Source of the DNA: a virus
Taxonomy: Duplodnaviria > Heunggongvirae > Uroviricota > Caudoviricetes
Length of the DNA: 32,281 nt
Reading direction: 5' to 3' (one strand)
IMG/VR virus record: IMGVR_UViG_2547132488_000023
Location: 1-32,281 of that record
Part shown: positions 1 through 8,342 of the stretch, in pieces
How positions within the stretch are numbered: position 1 is the stretch's first letter
Layout: each line of letters opens with the position of its first letter
Notes under the pieces: model-generated
Databases searched by the model: none
What the model was told of the DNA's origin: nothing
Seen by the model: only the letters and a program-made list of their open reading frames with translations
Made by a program: the position numbers and the translations under genes

Positions 1-996
1 TTATGGACGCATTATGGACATTCCTGACACCGGGTTAAGAGTCACAGCATCTTGTAAGAAATCCGGTGCAAAGTGTGCGTAGGTCATAGTTTGCTGAATG
101 TTAGAATGACCCAGGATGCGCTGCAATGTGATTATGTTACCTCCATTCATTATAAAATGTGTGGCAAATGTATGCCTCAAAACATGCACTGCCTGTCCGT
201 CAGGTAAATCGGGTTTTACTTCCCTGAGAGCGTTGCGCACTTTGTAGTAACTGGCATTAAAAAGCCTGCCTGAATTTTTGGTCTTGATCCGTTTAATCAG
301 GTCCTGCGAAACGGGAATTGTCCTGCGCTTTCCGTTTTTAGTTTTCATAAACGTAACCATCTGGTTAATGATGTGTTCAGCTTTCAAATTAGACACTTCA
401 CTCCAGCGTCCACCAGTAGAAAGGCAGACCAGAGTTGCATTTAACTCATCACCATCAAGCATGGATAACAGCCGCGTAATCTCTTCACTGGACAAAAAAG
501 CCATTTCAGTAACAGCTTCACGTAACCGCTTAACCTCACGGAACGGGTTGTGAGAGTGGTATTCACCGGCGTCAATTAACTTGGTGAACATCCCGCTCAT
601 TATTGCCAGATGCCGATTTACGCTGGCTGGTTTAAGACCATCGTTCATCATTACAACGCGATAATCAGTTATCGTTTTCTTTGTTAGCTGGTCAGCTCTG
701 GACACTCCCATTTCTGCAAATTTGGCGATTATTGTCGTCAAACGCCCCCGTTCAATATTTCCACGCTCATGTGATTTTCCGTGATATATCCACCATCTGC
801 CTAACAACTCTGTAAGAGTTCGGCGGTCGGCTGGCTTCTCCAGCCACTCTTTGTTGTGGTAGTTAACCAGCACATGACGTTCGAATGCTTGAGCTTCACC
901 TTTAATTTTAAATTTCCGCCTGATACGTTTTCCATCTGCACCCTGCGGTCTGACGTCCACTTCATAACGACCATCATCGAGCTTTTTAATAGACAT
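1..996 (-). CDS. int: Tyrosine site-specific integrase (P2 Int-like); stop codon is at window position 1-3
   Basis: 331 aa; C-terminal catalytic region HVLRHTFATHFIMNGGNIITLQRILGHSNIQQTMTYAH carries the R/H-x-x-R and Y hallmarks of tyrosine recombinases; lies at the prophage edge next to the repressor, as in P2. Confidence 0.9.
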   Translation of the reverse strand: MSIKKLDDGRYEVDVRPQGADGKRIRRKFKIKGEAQAFERHVLVNYHNKEWLEKPADRRTLTELLGRWWIYHGKSHERGNIERGRLTTIIAKFAEMGVSRADQLTKKTITDYRVVMMNDGLKPASVNRHLAIMSGMFTKLIDAGEYHSHNPFREVKRLREAVTEMAFLSSEEITRLLSMLDGDELNATLVCLSTGGRWSEVSNLKAEHIINQMVTFMKTKNGKRRTIPVSQDLIKRIKTKNSGRLFNASYYKVRNALREVKPDLPDGQAVHVLRHTFATHFIMNGGNIITLQRILGHSNIQQTMTYAHFAPDFLQDAVTLNPVSGMSIMRP

Positions 997-1089
997 AAAG
1001 CCCTCCGATGACGCTGTTTACTTCTACTACTTGAAAATTAATGCAATTTTCTTTCGTACATTTACTGCACACATATGCTGAATAAATCG

Positions 1090-1389
1090 TCAGCCAGTCT
1101 TTTGGTCTGAGTGGTGCAAGGTTGTTGAGTCTTGTCCAATGTGTGCGAGAGCCGGGGCTATTTGTCCAGCTTCGGGATCTATTTCATCAAACATGAACCA
1201 GTCACGATACTTGCGAAAGCGTGGATGCTTAAACAGCTTCATACCTGCTTCCATAGGCATTTTTGATTTCCCTGATTCATATCCATGATATGTGTAGTAA
1301 TTAATTCCAATTAATTCAGCAAGTTCCTTAGTTTTAAGGCGTTCGGATTCACGAATGAGCTTTAATTTCTCGCTTTGTTCACTTGACAT
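1090..1389 (-). CDS. C: Immunity repressor C (HTH); ORF extends to 1407, but the ATG at 1389 gives a 99-aa product with a GGAG upstream
   Basis: Small HTH protein (KELAELIGINYYTYHGYESGKS) on the same strand as int and divergent from cox-like gene; position matches P2 C. Confidence 0.7.
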   Translation of the reverse strand: MSSEQSEKLKLIRESERLKTKELAELIGINYYTYHGYESGKSKMPMEAGMKLFKHPRFRKYRDWFMFDEIDPEAGQIAPALAHIGQDSTTLHHSDQKTG

Positions 1390-1482
1390 AATTTTGCTAA
1401 TCTCCAATTATATGGCTACTTGGTAATTTGTGATGCACTCAAAAAGGCTCTAGATGGCTCCAGTTGGTGAATTACAAATCTT
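1390..1482. promoter_or_regulatory. Immunity switch region between divergent repressor and cox-like genes (expected Pc/Pe promoters and operators)
   Basis: 93-bp AT-rich spacer; TATAAT hexamer on minus strand at 1407-1412; candidate TTGTGA-N17-TAGATG on plus strand; operator repeats not resolved. Confidence 0.45.
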
Positions 1483-1854
1483 ATGGAGGATAGCAAAGTG
1501 ACGACAAATGTAGAAATTTCTTGTCAAACTAGCGATGAGGCAAGTTTCGAAAACGAAGCCAAACGCAAAAGCATTCAGATTTCAGAGCGCCCATCAGATT
1601 TGCTGTCGAAAGAGGGGTTTGCTCTTTACATCGGTAAGACACCACGCGCGGTGGCTGAAATGGCTAAAGCGGGAAAGCTGCCAGCCTTCTATATGACAGA
1701 CCCATTAAAACCAAGAGGGAAAGCTGAATTATGGGTAAATCGTCGTGAGTGGGATAAGTATGCGGCACAACTAGTCGAAGAGGCTCCGACCGAGTGGCAT
1801 GACTGGAAAAATCGCATTAGTTACAGCAAATCAAGACATGGCCGTGCGGCTTAA
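1483..1854 (+). CDS. cox: Cox-like excisionase/early-switch regulator (HTH); alternative GTG start at 1498 follows a GGAGG
   Basis: Segment GFALYIGKTPRAVAEMAKAGKLPAFYMTDP resembles the P2 Cox HTH core as I recall it; first gene of the rightward early operon. Confidence 0.55.
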   Translation: MEDSKVTTNVEISCQTSDEASFENEAKRKSIQISERPSDLLSKEGFALYIGKTPRAVAEMAKAGKLPAFYMTDPLKPRGKAELWVNRREWDKYAAQLVEEAPTEWHDWKNRISYSKSRHGRAA

Positions 1855-2035
1855 GGTGGAAAGGATGAATGAGCCGCGTTGTATTGCTCAGTTATTGCGT
1901 AACGAAAGCCCCAGGGCGATTGACTTCACCATCACCCACGGGAAGGGACGCAAGGGAATCATTATCCGCACCAAAAAACAGAGTCCGTTAAAAAAGGCTC
2001 TGACCTTTCTGAAAAGCCGGAGGGTATGGAAATGA
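1799..2035 (+). CDS. Hypothetical early protein (P2 orf78 position; 78 aa)
   Basis: 78-aa ORF between cox-like and B, same length and position as P2 orf78; overlaps the end of the cox-like ORF so true start is uncertain. Confidence 0.4.
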   Translation: MTGKIALVTANQDMAVRLKVERMNEPRCIAQLLRNESPRAIDFTITHGKGRKGIIIRTKKQSPLKKALTFLKSRRVWK

Positions 2036-2532
2036 CAGTGATGACGCTCAATCTCGTTGAAAAACAGCCAGCAACCATGCGTCGGATAATTGGTAAGCAT
2101 CTTGCCGTTCCTCGCTGGCAGGATACATGTGATTATTATAATCAGATGATGGAACGCGAACGGCTAACGGTTTGCTTTCATGCGCAGTTAAAACAGCGTC
2201 ACGCAACGATGCGTTTTGAAGAAATGAACGACGTCGAACGTGAACGGCTGGGTTGTGCAATTGATGAACTGCGTGGGGCATTCTCAAAACGCCGTCAGGT
2301 TGGCGCAAGTGAGTATGCATATATTAGTTTTTTAACAGTCAGTCAGCGTCGCACTTTATTTATGCACGCACGACTGACAGAAAAAGAATTCAACCAGCCA
2401 TACTGGCGAATTAATGAAGAATCATGTTACTGGCGTGATGCTTTATTCCGTGCATTACGTGAATTATTCAGTCTGTTTGAGTATGCACCGACAATTCTGA
2501 CGTCGGTAAAACCAGAGCAATATCTGCATTAA
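2026..2532 (+). CDS. B: Replication protein B (P2 gpB, helicase-loader-like)
   Basis: 168 aa; sequence MTVMTLNLVEKQP...SVKPEQYLH looks essentially identical to P2 B as I recall it. Confidence 0.8.
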   Translation: MEMTVMTLNLVEKQPATMRRIIGKHLAVPRWQDTCDYYNQMMERERLTVCFHAQLKQRHATMRFEEMNDVERERLGCAIDELRGAFSKRRQVGASEYAYISFLTVSQRRTLFMHARLTEKEFNQPYWRINEESCYWRDALFRALRELFSLFEYAPTILTSVKPEQYLH

Positions 2533-2562
2533 GTAATTAACCAGAGTTTTTAACGCACTTAA

Positions 2563-2820
2563 TTGTGCGGGGCTTCTTTTTGCCTGGAGAAAGTCATGCA
2601 TACAGTTTCTGAAAATCAGTGCGGTAAATACGCATTACTGCTGCAACAGGCCAGAACCGAAGCACAGGCCGACGCGGCGACGCGCTTTTCTTCTCATCTT
2701 GACGCCATGATTCGCCACATCACAAAGGCGGAGTTATCCCGCGTGGAGATAGTCGAGCTGCTCAGTCAGGAGTCGGAAAAATTTCACAATATCGGATTGT
2801 CTCGCGGGGAGGTGCTTTGA
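2563..2820 (+). CDS. Hypothetical early protein (P2 orf80 position)
   Basis: 85-aa ORF in conserved early operon position. Confidence 0.55.
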   Translation: MCGASFCLEKVMHTVSENQCGKYALLLQQARTEAQADAATRFSSHLDAMIRHITKAELSRVEIVELLSQESEKFHNIGLSRGEVL

Positions 2821-3122
2821 TGTCCTGTTCTCATTCAGTTGTATTACTGAATAACGCCTTAAAAATCGCCGTTATGAAAAATGGCGATTTGTCTCTTATT
2901 CAACTTGGTCTTGATAAAGAAAAACGCGACATAACTGAATCTGTAATCGCGATTTATCAGAATGAATTAAACCTCCTGTCTGATGTGGTCAATTTACTTG
3001 TTAAACGCGCTGTATTTCATAAGCAAATCTCCTCCGTGGATGAACTGACAAAATTAACGACAGAAATCGCCAGCTATTGCGCTGATGAATTTAAGAAGCT
3101 GAACGACAAAAGGAGCTGGTAA
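2817..3122 (+). CDS. Hypothetical early protein (P2 orf81 position)
   Basis: 101-aa ORF with ATGA-type overlap to neighbours. Confidence 0.55.
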   Translation: MMSCSHSVVLLNNALKIAVMKNGDLSLIQLGLDKEKRDITESVIAIYQNELNLLSDVVNLLVKRAVFHKQISSVDELTKLTTEIASYCADEFKKLNDKRSW

Positions 3123-3346
3123 TGCCGGACAACGTAGATTTTATTCAGGAACAACAGGCTGAATTACTGGAGCGCCAGATTAATGCGGCAAGGGTAAAAC
3201 ATTGCGGTGTTTCTTCGCTGGTTTGCGAAGAGTGTGATGCGCCAATACCTGCTGCCCGTCGTGCGGCTTATCCGTCAGTCACGCGTTGTGTTTCCTGTCA
3301 GTCAGTCTTTGAAGCAAAAAACAAGCATTACCGGAGAATGGCATGA
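3122..3346 (+). CDS. TraR/DksA-like C4 zinc-finger protein (P2 orf82 position)
   Basis: 74 aa with CEEC-x17-CVSC four-cysteine zinc-finger spacing typical of the TraR/DksA family. Confidence 0.65.
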   Translation: MPDNVDFIQEQQAELLERQINAARVKHCGVSSLVCEECDAPIPAARRAAYPSVTRCVSCQSVFEAKNKHYRRMA

Positions 3347-3624
3347 GCATTCGTATCGAGATTGGCGAGCGTTATGTAGTCACAAATGACCGTTTTCAGT
3401 TCATTTTGCAGGAGAGAAAGACCGCTGAAACCGGGAAGAATGCCGGTAAAGAGTGGCTGGATGTTGTCGGCTATTACCCCAAATTAAACCAGCTCGTTTC
3501 CGGTCTGATCCATCACGATATTTTGAGCGGTAACGCTGTCTCTTTTGAGGCGCTGAGCTCTCAGGTTGAGCAGCTCGGTCAGCAGTGTCTGACTGCGTTT
3601 CTCTGTGCGGGGAAATCTAAATGA
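3343..3624 (+). CDS. Hypothetical early protein (P2 orf83 position)
   Basis: 93-aa ORF immediately upstream of the inserted PP-loop gene, overlapping starts/stops. Confidence 0.55.
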   Translation: MSIRIEIGERYVVTNDRFQFILQERKTAETGKNAGKEWLDVVGYYPKLNQLVSGLIHHDILSGNAVSFEALSSQVEQLGQQCLTAFLCAGKSK

Positions 3625-4628
3625 TAGTTGATACCCGCTGCCGAGCTGAAAGCTCTATCAATATTATTTCTGTTTCTGGCGGAAAGGATAGCCTTGCTCA
3701 ATGGCTTGTTGGTATTGAAAGCGGTGTGCATTTTTTGCCGGTTTTTGCAGACACCGGGCATGAGCATCCGCAGACAATGGAGTATCTCGATTATCTGGAG
3801 AACCGACTCGGGCCGGTTAAACGGGTTAAAGCTGACTTCTCCCGACAGATTGAAGGTAAGCGCAAGTTTATTGCTGAGAAATGGCCTGTTTCTCTGGTTG
3901 AAGAGTGCGGAATGTCTCCAGGGGAAGCGGCAGAGCGCATCAATTGTGCGCTGGAAATTCTCAAGCCTACTGGTATCCCATTTCTTGATTTGTGCATGTG
4001 GAAAGGGCGATTTCCTTCCACTAAAGCCAGATTTTGCACTTTTGACCTTAAACATGAGCCAGTACGTACTCAGGTCGTGTTACCTGCGCTTAATGAGTTT
4101 GATGAGGTAATTAGCTGGCAGGGGGTTCGCGCTCAGGAGTCTCCTGCGCGCGCGGGTCTGCCTGCCTGGGAAGAGGATGCGGACAATACGCCCGGGCTCC
4201 ATGTATACCGTCCTATTCTGAACTGGACGCATGAGGAGGTATTTGCATTTGCAAGACGTCATGGAATTAAACCTAATCCGTTATACCAGCAGGGATGCAG
4301 TCGTGTCGGTTGTATGCCCTGCATCCACGCCAGAAAGTCTGAATTAGCTGAAATTTTTAGTAGCTGGCCGGAAGAGGTTAAGCGTGTTGCGGAATGGGAG
4401 CGACTTGTCGCCGCATGCTCCAGACGCGGAAATTCTACTTTCTTCCCGTCAACTCATGACCCGCGTCGTGCGGAACGCCGCATTGATATTATTACTGTCG
4501 ATGCTTACGGAATTGAGTCTTATCGTGACTGGGCGATGACCACGCGTGGCGGGGCACAGTTTGATTTGCTGGCTTCGGTGAATGATAAGTCAGTTTGCAG
4601 TAGTGTCTATGCCGGTGTATGTGAATGA
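3621..4628 (+). CDS. PAPS reductase-family (PP-loop ATP pyrophosphatase, DndC/CysH-like) protein; accessory moron in the early operon
   Basis: 335 aa; N-terminal PP-loop SVSGGKDS; C-terminal cysteine cluster CSRVGCMPC; ATGA overlaps with orf83 (3621-3624) and A (4625-4628); not part of canonical P2 backbone. Confidence 0.75.
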   Translation: MIVDTRCRAESSINIISVSGGKDSLAQWLVGIESGVHFLPVFADTGHEHPQTMEYLDYLENRLGPVKRVKADFSRQIEGKRKFIAEKWPVSLVEECGMSPGEAAERINCALEILKPTGIPFLDLCMWKGRFPSTKARFCTFDLKHEPVRTQVVLPALNEFDEVISWQGVRAQESPARAGLPAWEEDADNTPGLHVYRPILNWTHEEVFAFARRHGIKPNPLYQQGCSRVGCMPCIHARKSELAEIFSSWPEEVKRVAEWERLVAACSRRGNSTFFPSTHDPRRAERRIDIITVDAYGIESYRDWAMTTRGGAQFDLLASVNDKSVCSSVYAGVCE

Positions 4629-6901
4629 GTCATTCTTTCCAGGAGCAATACACCTGCGTACCTCCGTCAGCATTTGCTGCAGGCACCGGTAAGACGTTTA
4701 CCGGTGCTTATGCATGGAACGCGCCACGCGAGGCCGTCGGGCGCGAAAGACCCCTTACACGTGACGAGATGCGTCAGGTGCAAGGTGTTTTATCCACGAT
4801 TAACCGCCTGCCTTACTTTTTGCGCTCGCTGTTTACTTCACGCTATGACTACATCCGGCGCAATAAAAGCCCGGTGCACGGGTTTTATTTTCTCACATCC
4901 ACTTTTCAGCGTCGTTTATGGCCGCGCATTGAGCGTGTGAATCAGCGCCATGAAATGAACACCGACGCGTCGTTGCTGTTTCTGGCAGAGCGTGACCATT
5001 ATGCGCGTCTGCCGGGGATGAATGACAAGGAGCTGAAAAAGTTTGCCGCCCGTATCTCATCGCAGTTTTTCATGATGTATGAGGAACTCTGCGATGCCTG
5101 GGTGGATGCGCATGGCGAAAAAGAATCGCTGTTTACGGATGAGGCGCAGGCGCATCTGTATGGTCATGTTGCTGGCGCTGCACGTGCTTTCAATATTTCC
5201 CCGCTTTACTGGAAAAAATACCGTAAAGGACAGATGACCACGAGGCAGGCATATTCTGCCATTGCCCGTCTGTTTAACGATGAGTGGTGGACTCATCAGC
5301 TTAAAGGCCAGCGTATGCGCTGGCATGAAGCGTTACTGATAGCTGTCGGGGAGGTCAATAAAGACCGTTCTCCTTATGCCAGTAAACATGCCATTCGTGA
5401 TGTGCGTGCGCGCCGCCAGGCAAATCTGGAATTTCTTAAATCGTGTGACCTTGAAAACAGGGAAACCGGCGAGCGCATCGACCTTATCAGTAAGGTGATG
5501 GGCAGTATTTCTAATCCTGAAATTCGCCGGATGGAGCTGATGAACACCATTGCCGGTATTGAGCGTTACGCCGCCGCAGAGGGTGATGTGGGGATGTTTA
5601 TCACGCTGACCGCGCCGTCAAAGTATCACCCGACACGTCAGGTCGGAAAAGGCGAAAGTAAAACCGTTCAGCTTAATCACGGCTGGAACGATGAGGCATT
5701 TAATCCAAAGGATGCGCAGCGTTATCTCTGCCGTATCTGGAGCCTGATGCGCACGGCATTCAAGGATAATGATTTACAGGTCTACGGTTTGCGTGTCGTC
5801 GAGCCACACCACGACGGAACGCCGCACTGGCATATGATGCTTTTTTGTAATCCATGCCAGCGTAACCAGATTATCGAAATCATGCGTCGCTATGCGCTCA
5901 AAGAGGATAGTGACGAAAGAGGCGCTGCGCGAAACCGTTTTCAGGCAAAGCACCTTAACCGGGGCGGTGCTGCGGGATATATCGCGAAATACATCTCAAA
6001 AAACATCGACGGCTATGCACTGGATGGTCAGCTCGATAACGATACTGGCAGGCCGCTGAAAGATACTGCTGCGGCTGTTACCGCATGGGCGTCAACGTGG
6101 CGCATTCCGCAATTTAAAACGGTTGGCCTGCCGACAATGGGGGCTTACCGTGAACTACGCAAATTGCCTCACGGCGTCAGCATTGCTGATGAGTTTGACG
6201 AACGCGTCGAGGCTGCACGCGCCGCCGCAGACAGTGGTGATTTTGCGTTGTATATCAGCGCGCAGGGTGGGGCAAATGTCCCGCGCGATTGTCAGACTGT
6301 CAGGGTCGCCCGTAGCCCGTCGGATGACGTTAACGAGTATGAGGAAGAGGTCGAGAGAGTGGTCGGCATTTACGCGCCGCATCTCGGCGCGCGTCATATT
6401 CATATCACCAGAACGACGGACTGGCGCATTGTTCCGAAAGTTCCGGTCGTTGAGCCTTTGACTTTAAAAAGCGGCATCGCCGCGCCTCGGAGTCCTGTCA
6501 ATAACTGTGGAAAGCTCACCGGCGGTAATACTTCGTTACCGGTTCCCACGCCTTCTGAGCACGCCGCAGCAGTGCTAAATCTGGTTGATGACGGTGTTAT
6601 CAAATGGAATGAACCGGAGGTCGTGAGGGCGCTCAGGGGCGCATTAAAATACGACCTGAGAACGCCAAATCGTCAGCAAAGAAACGGAAGCCCGTTAAAA
6701 CCACATGAAATTGCACCATCGGCCAGACTGACCCGGTCGGAACGATTGCAAATCACCCGTATCCGCGTTGACCTTGCTCAGAACGGTATCAGGCCGCAGC
6801 GATGGGAGCTTGAGGCGCTGGCGCGTGGGGCAACTGTAAATTACGACGGGAGAAGCTTCAGTTATCCTGTTATATGTGATTGGAGAGCGTATGAATTATG
6901 A
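4625..6901 (+). CDS. A: Rolling-circle replication initiator A (HUH endonuclease; ori expected inside the gene)
   Basis: 758 aa; HUH motif HHDGTPHWHMM and tandem catalytic tyrosines in GYIAKYISKNIDGY; size and position match P2 gpA. Confidence 0.9.
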   Translation: MSHSFQEQYTCVPPSAFAAGTGKTFTGAYAWNAPREAVGRERPLTRDEMRQVQGVLSTINRLPYFLRSLFTSRYDYIRRNKSPVHGFYFLTSTFQRRLWPRIERVNQRHEMNTDASLLFLAERDHYARLPGMNDKELKKFAARISSQFFMMYEELCDAWVDAHGEKESLFTDEAQAHLYGHVAGAARAFNISPLYWKKYRKGQMTTRQAYSAIARLFNDEWWTHQLKGQRMRWHEALLIAVGEVNKDRSPYASKHAIRDVRARRQANLEFLKSCDLENRETGERIDLISKVMGSISNPEIRRMELMNTIAGIERYAAAEGDVGMFITLTAPSKYHPTRQVGKGESKTVQLNHGWNDEAFNPKDAQRYLCRIWSLMRTAFKDNDLQVYGLRVVEPHHDGTPHWHMMLFCNPCQRNQIIEIMRRYALKEDSDERGAARNRFQAKHLNRGGAAGYIAKYISKNIDGYALDGQLDNDTGRPLKDTAAAVTAWASTWRIPQFKTVGLPTMGAYRELRKLPHGVSIADEFDERVEAARAAADSGDFALYISAQGGANVPRDCQTVRVARSPSDDVNEYEEEVERVVGIYAPHLGARHIHITRTTDWRIVPKVPVVEPLTLKSGIAAPRSPVNNCGKLTGGNTSLPVPTPSEHAAAVLNLVDDGVIKWNEPEVVRALRGALKYDLRTPNRQQRNGSPLKPHEIAPSARLTRSERLQITRIRVDLAQNGIRPQRWELEALARGATVNYDGRSFSYPVICDWRAYEL

Positions 6902-6955
6902 GATTGTGATAAAAAGTAAATAATTAATATAATGCAATTGCTTGACTGTTTTAAA

Positions 6956-6986
6956 AGGGACAACGTAGTTGTGAACTATATTGTCC
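6956..6986. terminator. Hairpin (GGGACAA / TTGTCCC stem) between convergent A and putative endonuclease genes; possible bidirectional terminator
   Basis: 7-bp perfect inverted repeat 6956-6962 / 6980-6986 in the AT-rich 93-bp spacer between convergent stop codons. Confidence 0.4.
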
Positions 6987-6994
6987 CGGGAGTA

Positions 6995-8050
6995 TTAATT
7001 TTTAAATATGGATTGTATGTATTCTATAGTGCTATCTTTAGCTCTGATGTCTTTTAAAGTGTTATTTATGAAATCTATTATTCTGTCATTACTTAATAGT
7101 GGCGATAACGCATAACATGTTGTTGTGAATGTCATGACGTCACTAAAGCTTAGTGAAACACCTTTTGTCGCAGCGTTCTCAATCGCAATAGACTCATCAA
7201 TATCTAAGTTTGTTGCTCTTGGCCCTTTAAGGAAGATAACTTTTGAAATCCCGGATGCAGATGCTTTTGAAACGGCGTGATTAACATCTTGATAATTAAA
7301 TGGTTTGTCTTTCACTTCTATAGAAAGGAAAACTATATCATCATGATATACATCTATGTCCAGTATCTCTTTTGAGGAGCTACCGGCCTGATTGACGGGA
7401 TGTGCTTTTATTATCCATCCTCTTTGTTCACCTAATAAGTGTAGCGAAATTGCGGCAGCAATCGCGCATGTTTCTCCATCACAAGGATGAGATATAATAT
7501 TATAAATAATCTTATGGAAATCAAAATTAATTGAGTTCGGCGTTATAACTCTATTGGTTCGCTGTAGGGTAAAATATAATGCAATAACAAGCATTTCATA
7601 AGCTAAGGTTTGGGTTGTTGCTGCATGTAATATATCAATTGAAAGTTGTTGTAAAACCTTATCATTTCCTCTGCGCACAGGGTTATCAGAGGAGTGGAGC
7701 ATGTAACGAGCTGGTTTATTTAGAAATGGCTCATTTGATGCGCCTAACTTACCCTCTAAAAATGGGCCTTCTACTTTGCCTACTATTACCGAATGACATA
7801 AACTTCTTGCATCATAGGCTCCGTCTACGGGGGCATTAGCTTGTAAAGCCAGAGGGTTTACTCTAGGGTCTGTTGCTTTTGCAAGTAAACCAGTAATAAG
7901 TATATATCTGTATGTAAGGTGGGTGCCTAAAATTACATTTTGAATGGAGACCCATTGATTATTTGTTTTGTAATCAGTTAATTTTTTTGCATCGTTGATT
8001 GCATTTATAATTACATTATAGGCTTGCTCATGATTTACTAATACTTTCAT
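6995..8050 (-). CDS. Putative type II restriction endonuclease (family not recognised) of an R-M cassette
   Basis: 351 aa; start overlaps the last codons of the upstream HTH controller gene; divergent from a C5-MTase; candidate PD-(D/E)xK-like segment ILDIDVYHDDIVFLSIEVKDK; markedly AT-rich. Confidence 0.5.
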   Translation of the reverse strand: MKVLVNHEQAYNVIINAINDAKKLTDYKTNNQWVSIQNVILGTHLTYRYILITGLLAKATDPRVNPLALQANAPVDGAYDARSLCHSVIVGKVEGPFLEGKLGASNEPFLNKPARYMLHSSDNPVRRGNDKVLQQLSIDILHAATTQTLAYEMLVIALYFTLQRTNRVITPNSINFDFHKIIYNIISHPCDGETCAIAAAISLHLLGEQRGWIIKAHPVNQAGSSSKEILDIDVYHDDIVFLSIEVKDKPFNYQDVNHAVSKASASGISKVIFLKGPRATNLDIDESIAIENAATKGVSLSFSDVMTFTTTCYALSPLLSNDRIIDFINNTLKDIRAKDSTIEYIQSIFKN

Positions 8051-8342
8051 AGGTGTCCTTTAGTAAGATATCCATTGGTAGACCTAATCGGCTTGCAACC
8101 ACCTCTAATAATTCAAATAGTTCTAAAGCATCTAATCGCCTTTCAAAGCTTTCGATTTTAGATATATCTGATTGTGATAATCCTAGAAAAATGGCCAATT
8201 CTGACTGCGAAAGAGAAGCTTCTTTGCGTAGTTTGGTGAGAAGCTGGACTAGGCACCTGTATCTATGATCATGTATAGTTGGTTGTCGTTTTGCCATGTG
8301 GTTTAGAAGGTGATTGATTGTGTGTCGATCCTTACCTATCAT
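8028..8342 (-). CDS. Controller (C-protein-like) XRE-family HTH regulator of the R-M cassette; possible alternative start at 8297 (89 aa)
   Basis: 104-aa ORF with HTH SLSQSELAIFLGLSQSDISKIESFERR; immediately upstream of and overlapping the putative endonuclease gene, divergent from the MTase, as in PvuII-type C-controlled systems. Confidence 0.65.
   Translation of the reverse strand: MIGKDRHTINHLLNHMAKRQPTIHDHRYRCLVQLLTKLRKEASLSQSELAIFLGLSQSDISKIESFERRLDALELFELLEVVASRLGLPMDILLKDTYESISKS

Noticed and set aside
3628-4262. ORFs 3628-4110 (+), 3579-4055 (-), 3791-4039 (-), 4080-4262 (-) overlapping the PP-loop protein gene
   Set aside because: Overlap a gene with a clear conserved motif and translational coupling to its neighbours; no independent support.
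8053-8268. 71-aa plus-strand ORF antisense to the HTH controller gene
   Set aside because: Fully contained within the better-supported HTH gene on the opposite strand; serine/asparagine-rich low-complexity translation.
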